Below are positions 36,617-38,655 of a DNA stretch of 38,655 bases, one piece after another. The notes beneath the pieces are model-generated. The model was not told the DNA's origin, made no database searches, and saw only the letters and a list, made by a program, of their open reading frames with translations. Source of the stretch: Thermodesulfobacterium sp. (GTDB taxonomy: Bacteria; Desulfobacterota; Thermodesulfobacteria; Thermodesulfobacteriales; Thermodesulfobacteriaceae); the NCBI GenBank assembly GCA_036781525.1, contig DAIQAS010000002.1, positions 1 to 38,655 of the forward strand. The letters run 5' to 3'. The translations under genes were made by a program, and so were the position numbers. Each line of letters begins with the position of its first letter. Position 1 is the first letter of the stretch.

Positions 36617-38092
36617 TTACTTAAGACTTTTATCCAAATAGTCTTGGGTCCCAAAAGGATCTTTAAACTCCTGTTCTGGTTTAAAATTAAGCTTCTTTTC
36701 TCCTCTGTTATTTAAATATTTAGGTAATTCAAGATCAACTTTTGCAGAAACCATTACTCCAGCCTGTGAAAGAATTTGACGTAAAAGAGCTTCAGATTTG
36801 GAGGCAAATGAAATAGCATCACCTAATACTCTCATAGCTTCTTCTGGATTATGAAATCCTACAGAATTTTCAGCACCTATAAATATAACTCTATAAAGTG
36901 CTTCTAAATATAAATCTTTTGCCTTTGTATATAAATTTTTATTTATAGGCCTTCCTTCCTTTTCAGCTAAATGAACTTTCTCAAAAAGTTTAGCAGCTAT
37001 AGCTGTCTGATAACCTGCTCTTAAAAGTAGGGACATTGTTCTATCTTGAATAGCTATTACTCTTTCTTTTAACCACTCAGCAGATTCAGAATGACACTGT
37101 AAACAAGCTCTCATATTATCTTTTAAAGGGCTCATTATTCTATGTTCTGTTACTTTGAAACTACCAACTCTTTTATACGGCATATGACAATCAGCACAAG
37201 CAACCCCTGCTCTCCAGTGGGTAGAATTATTAGAATATAGTTCAAATTCAGGATGTCTAATATAAGCTAATTTAAACCCTGTTACCGCTTGAGTCCATTC
37301 TAAGTAGGCTGGGTTACTTCTTAGAACTTTGATTATATTTTCTATAGTTATAGCCCCCAATTTACTTCCCTGCCAAGGGAAAAAGACTCCAACAGATTTC
37401 ATATCTTTATCTTTAATTACTGTATAAGTAACATGACATTGAGCACAGACTAAACTTCTCATCAGTTGATGAGGAATATTTTCTGTATCAACTCCCATTG
37501 TTTTCAAAGCTTTTATAAGAGTAAAACCTCTTCTTATATGTAAAGATGCATCCTTAGGATTGTGGCAGTCTATACAGGAGTCACCTAAATATCTATATTT
37601 TTCTGGAATAAGATTTAAAACCTCCATGTAAGGTTTACTATAGTAATCTATTCCATATTTTTTTTCTAATTCAGGTGCTAAAGTGTGTTTACAAGTAAGA
37701 CAAACTCCCCCTGATTTTAAACGAGAAGGATCTATTTCAAGCTGATCTCTTATTCTGTAATAATGACTTCTTGGTTCGTTATACTCTATACCAAATCCCC
37801 ATCCTTTATAAAGTAAAGCCATAAAAGGATATTCTGAGAGCTTATCATAAATTACTTTATCTGTATCCCAACCTCTTTTATATTTACTCATACCTGCAGG
37901 AGTAGGCTCTGCAGACTTTTTCCACATATCATAATGAATAGGATAAACTTTACCCCAGACCTCGGGGTCTATTTCATTTTCCGGTAGAGATACCGGTTTA
38001 AATTCCTTTGCTTCCTTAGGTGGTTTACATCCTGATAGGATAAAAATTATCAAAAGCAACATTAATAAAACTAAGGGTTTTATTGTCCTCAT
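36617..38092 (-). CDS. nrfA: Pentaheme ammonia-forming cytochrome c nitrite reductase (lipoprotein)
   Basis: CLTCK active-site heme plus CIDCH, CAQCH, CADCH, CLQCH; YNEPRSH, RHPEFE, AENSVGFHNP; lipobox LSGC. Confidence 0.95.
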   Translation of the reverse strand: MRTIKPLVLLMLLLIIFILSGCKPPKEAKEFKPVSLPENEIDPEVWGKVYPIHYDMWKKSAEPTPAGMSKYKRGWDTDKVIYDKLSEYPFMALLYKGWGFGIEYNEPRSHYYRIRDQLEIDPSRLKSGGVCLTCKHTLAPELEKKYGIDYYSKPYMEVLNLIPEKYRYLGDSCIDCHNPKDASLHIRRGFTLIKALKTMGVDTENIPHQLMRSLVCAQCHVTYTVIKDKDMKSVGVFFPWQGSKLGAITIENIIKVLRSNPAYLEWTQAVTGFKLAYIRHPEFELYSNNSTHWRAGVACADCHMPYKRVGSFKVTEHRIMSPLKDNMRACLQCHSESAEWLKERVIAIQDRTMSLLLRAGYQTAIAAKLFEKVHLAEKEGRPINKNLYTKAKDLYLEALYRVIFIGAENSVGFHNPEEAMRVLGDAISFASKSEALLRQILSQAGVMVSAKVDLELPKYLNNRGEKKLNFKPEQEFKDPFGTQDYLDKSLK

Positions 38093-38104
38093 ATTTTGCC
38101 CCCT

Positions 38105-38545
38105 TTATAATAAAGTTTCCCTAATACCTTTCATTTGATGAGTTATTCTTCTATGACAATCCCAGCATTTTCTATCTTTCACATTAATCTTGGAAATTAT
38201 ATGAAAATGGCATCTAATGCAGTTTTTTTGAATTATTTCTTCATTTTTTTGAGATATTTGTATTTTTTCAGAAAACTTCCCTGAGAAAAATATTACAGTA
38301 TCTTTTAATCCATCCTGCAATTTTTGAGAATAAAAAGAAATTTTTGATTCATGAGGAAGATGACATTCTATACACTTTAATTCGTTATGGAGACCACCTT
38401 TTATTTGGTCTAAATATTGTGGTTTCATAACATGACACTTAGCACAAAAAGAGGACTCATTGGTTCTTTCAATAATACCTGAAAATGAAATTGAAATGAA
38501 AAGAACAATTATCAAAAGACCTATAATAAAAACTTTGTTTAACAT
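38105..38545 (-). CDS. nrfH: Tetraheme NapC/NirT-family quinol dehydrogenase NrfH
   Basis: N-terminal TM helix; CAKCHVM (CxxCHxM), CIECHLPH, CIRCH, CWDCH; upstream of nrfA. Confidence 0.92.
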   Translation of the reverse strand: MLNKVFIIGLLIIVLFISISFSGIIERTNESSFCAKCHVMKPQYLDQIKGGLHNELKCIECHLPHESKISFYSQKLQDGLKDTVIFFSGKFSEKIQISQKNEEIIQKNCIRCHFHIISKINVKDRKCWDCHRRITHQMKGIRETLL

Positions 38546-38655
38546 AGTTTTATTTTTTTAATTTTTATAAGTACTTACTTTAAAAAATTATATTTAAAAA
38601 AATTGGTAGTATTATAAATTTTGTGTATGGATTGGTGGTAAAGATGGATTTAAAG

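Noticed and set aside
10572..36654. Longer upstream starts in the ORF track (10572, 12064, 24079, 27159, 29835, 36654)
   Set aside because: Downstream ATGs fit family N-termini, SD or promoter position, and avoid long overlaps
984..36715. Short alternative-frame or antisense ORFs in the track (e.g. 984-1256, 10132-10509, 25368-25799, 20407-20679, 31929-32123, 36482-36715)
   Set aside because: They lie almost entirely within well-supported genes on the opposite strand, have F/S/L/I-rich shadow composition and show no motifs
38644..38655. Possible start of a + strand gene (GGTGGT..ATGGATTTAAAG) at the window end
   Set aside because: Only four codons are visible, so it cannot be supported
1..38655. 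tRNA, rRNA, CRISPR array, IS/integrase, prophage
   Set aside because: Intergenic gaps are all under about 160 nt and AT-rich; I saw no repeat-spacer periodicity, cloverleaf, or transposase/integrase motifs

Overview
AT-rich, densely coding chromosomal segment of an anaerobic (hyper)thermophilic bacterium. The gene set and protein style suggest Thermodesulfobacteriaceae; this is an inference. It holds 31 CDSs, mostly housekeeping: purM (5'-truncated), glyQS, selB, a LonC-type protease, leuCD, mazG, a Zn/Mn ABC ATPase and permease, tatD, non-discriminating aspS, a Mut7-C protein, a uracil-DNA glycosylase, class II fba, purL, hisD, pfkA and queF. There are five accessory modules: (i) acyl-CoA dehydrogenase-etfB-etfA with bifurcating-type ETF motifs; (ii) an Mre11/SbcD-like nuclease plus a 924-aa SbcE/YhaN-like ATPase whose coiled-coil apex is a transmembrane hairpin flanked by nested repeats (A-A-TM-B-B); (iii) a secreted FlgT_C-like/FG-GAP protein; (iv) a complete di-myo-inositol-phosphate cluster (ino1, IPCT-DIPPS, divergent IMPase) that looks Thermotoga/Thermococcales-derived; (v) an nrfH-nrfA-octaheme Hao-like operon. 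Several first genes (selB, lon-like, purL, queF) have a -10 box 8-10 nt before the ATG and no Shine-Dalgarno, suggesting leaderless mRNAs. I saw no tRNA, rRNA, CRISPR array, IS element or convincing intrinsic terminator. All calls come from manual motif recognition; no database searches were run.
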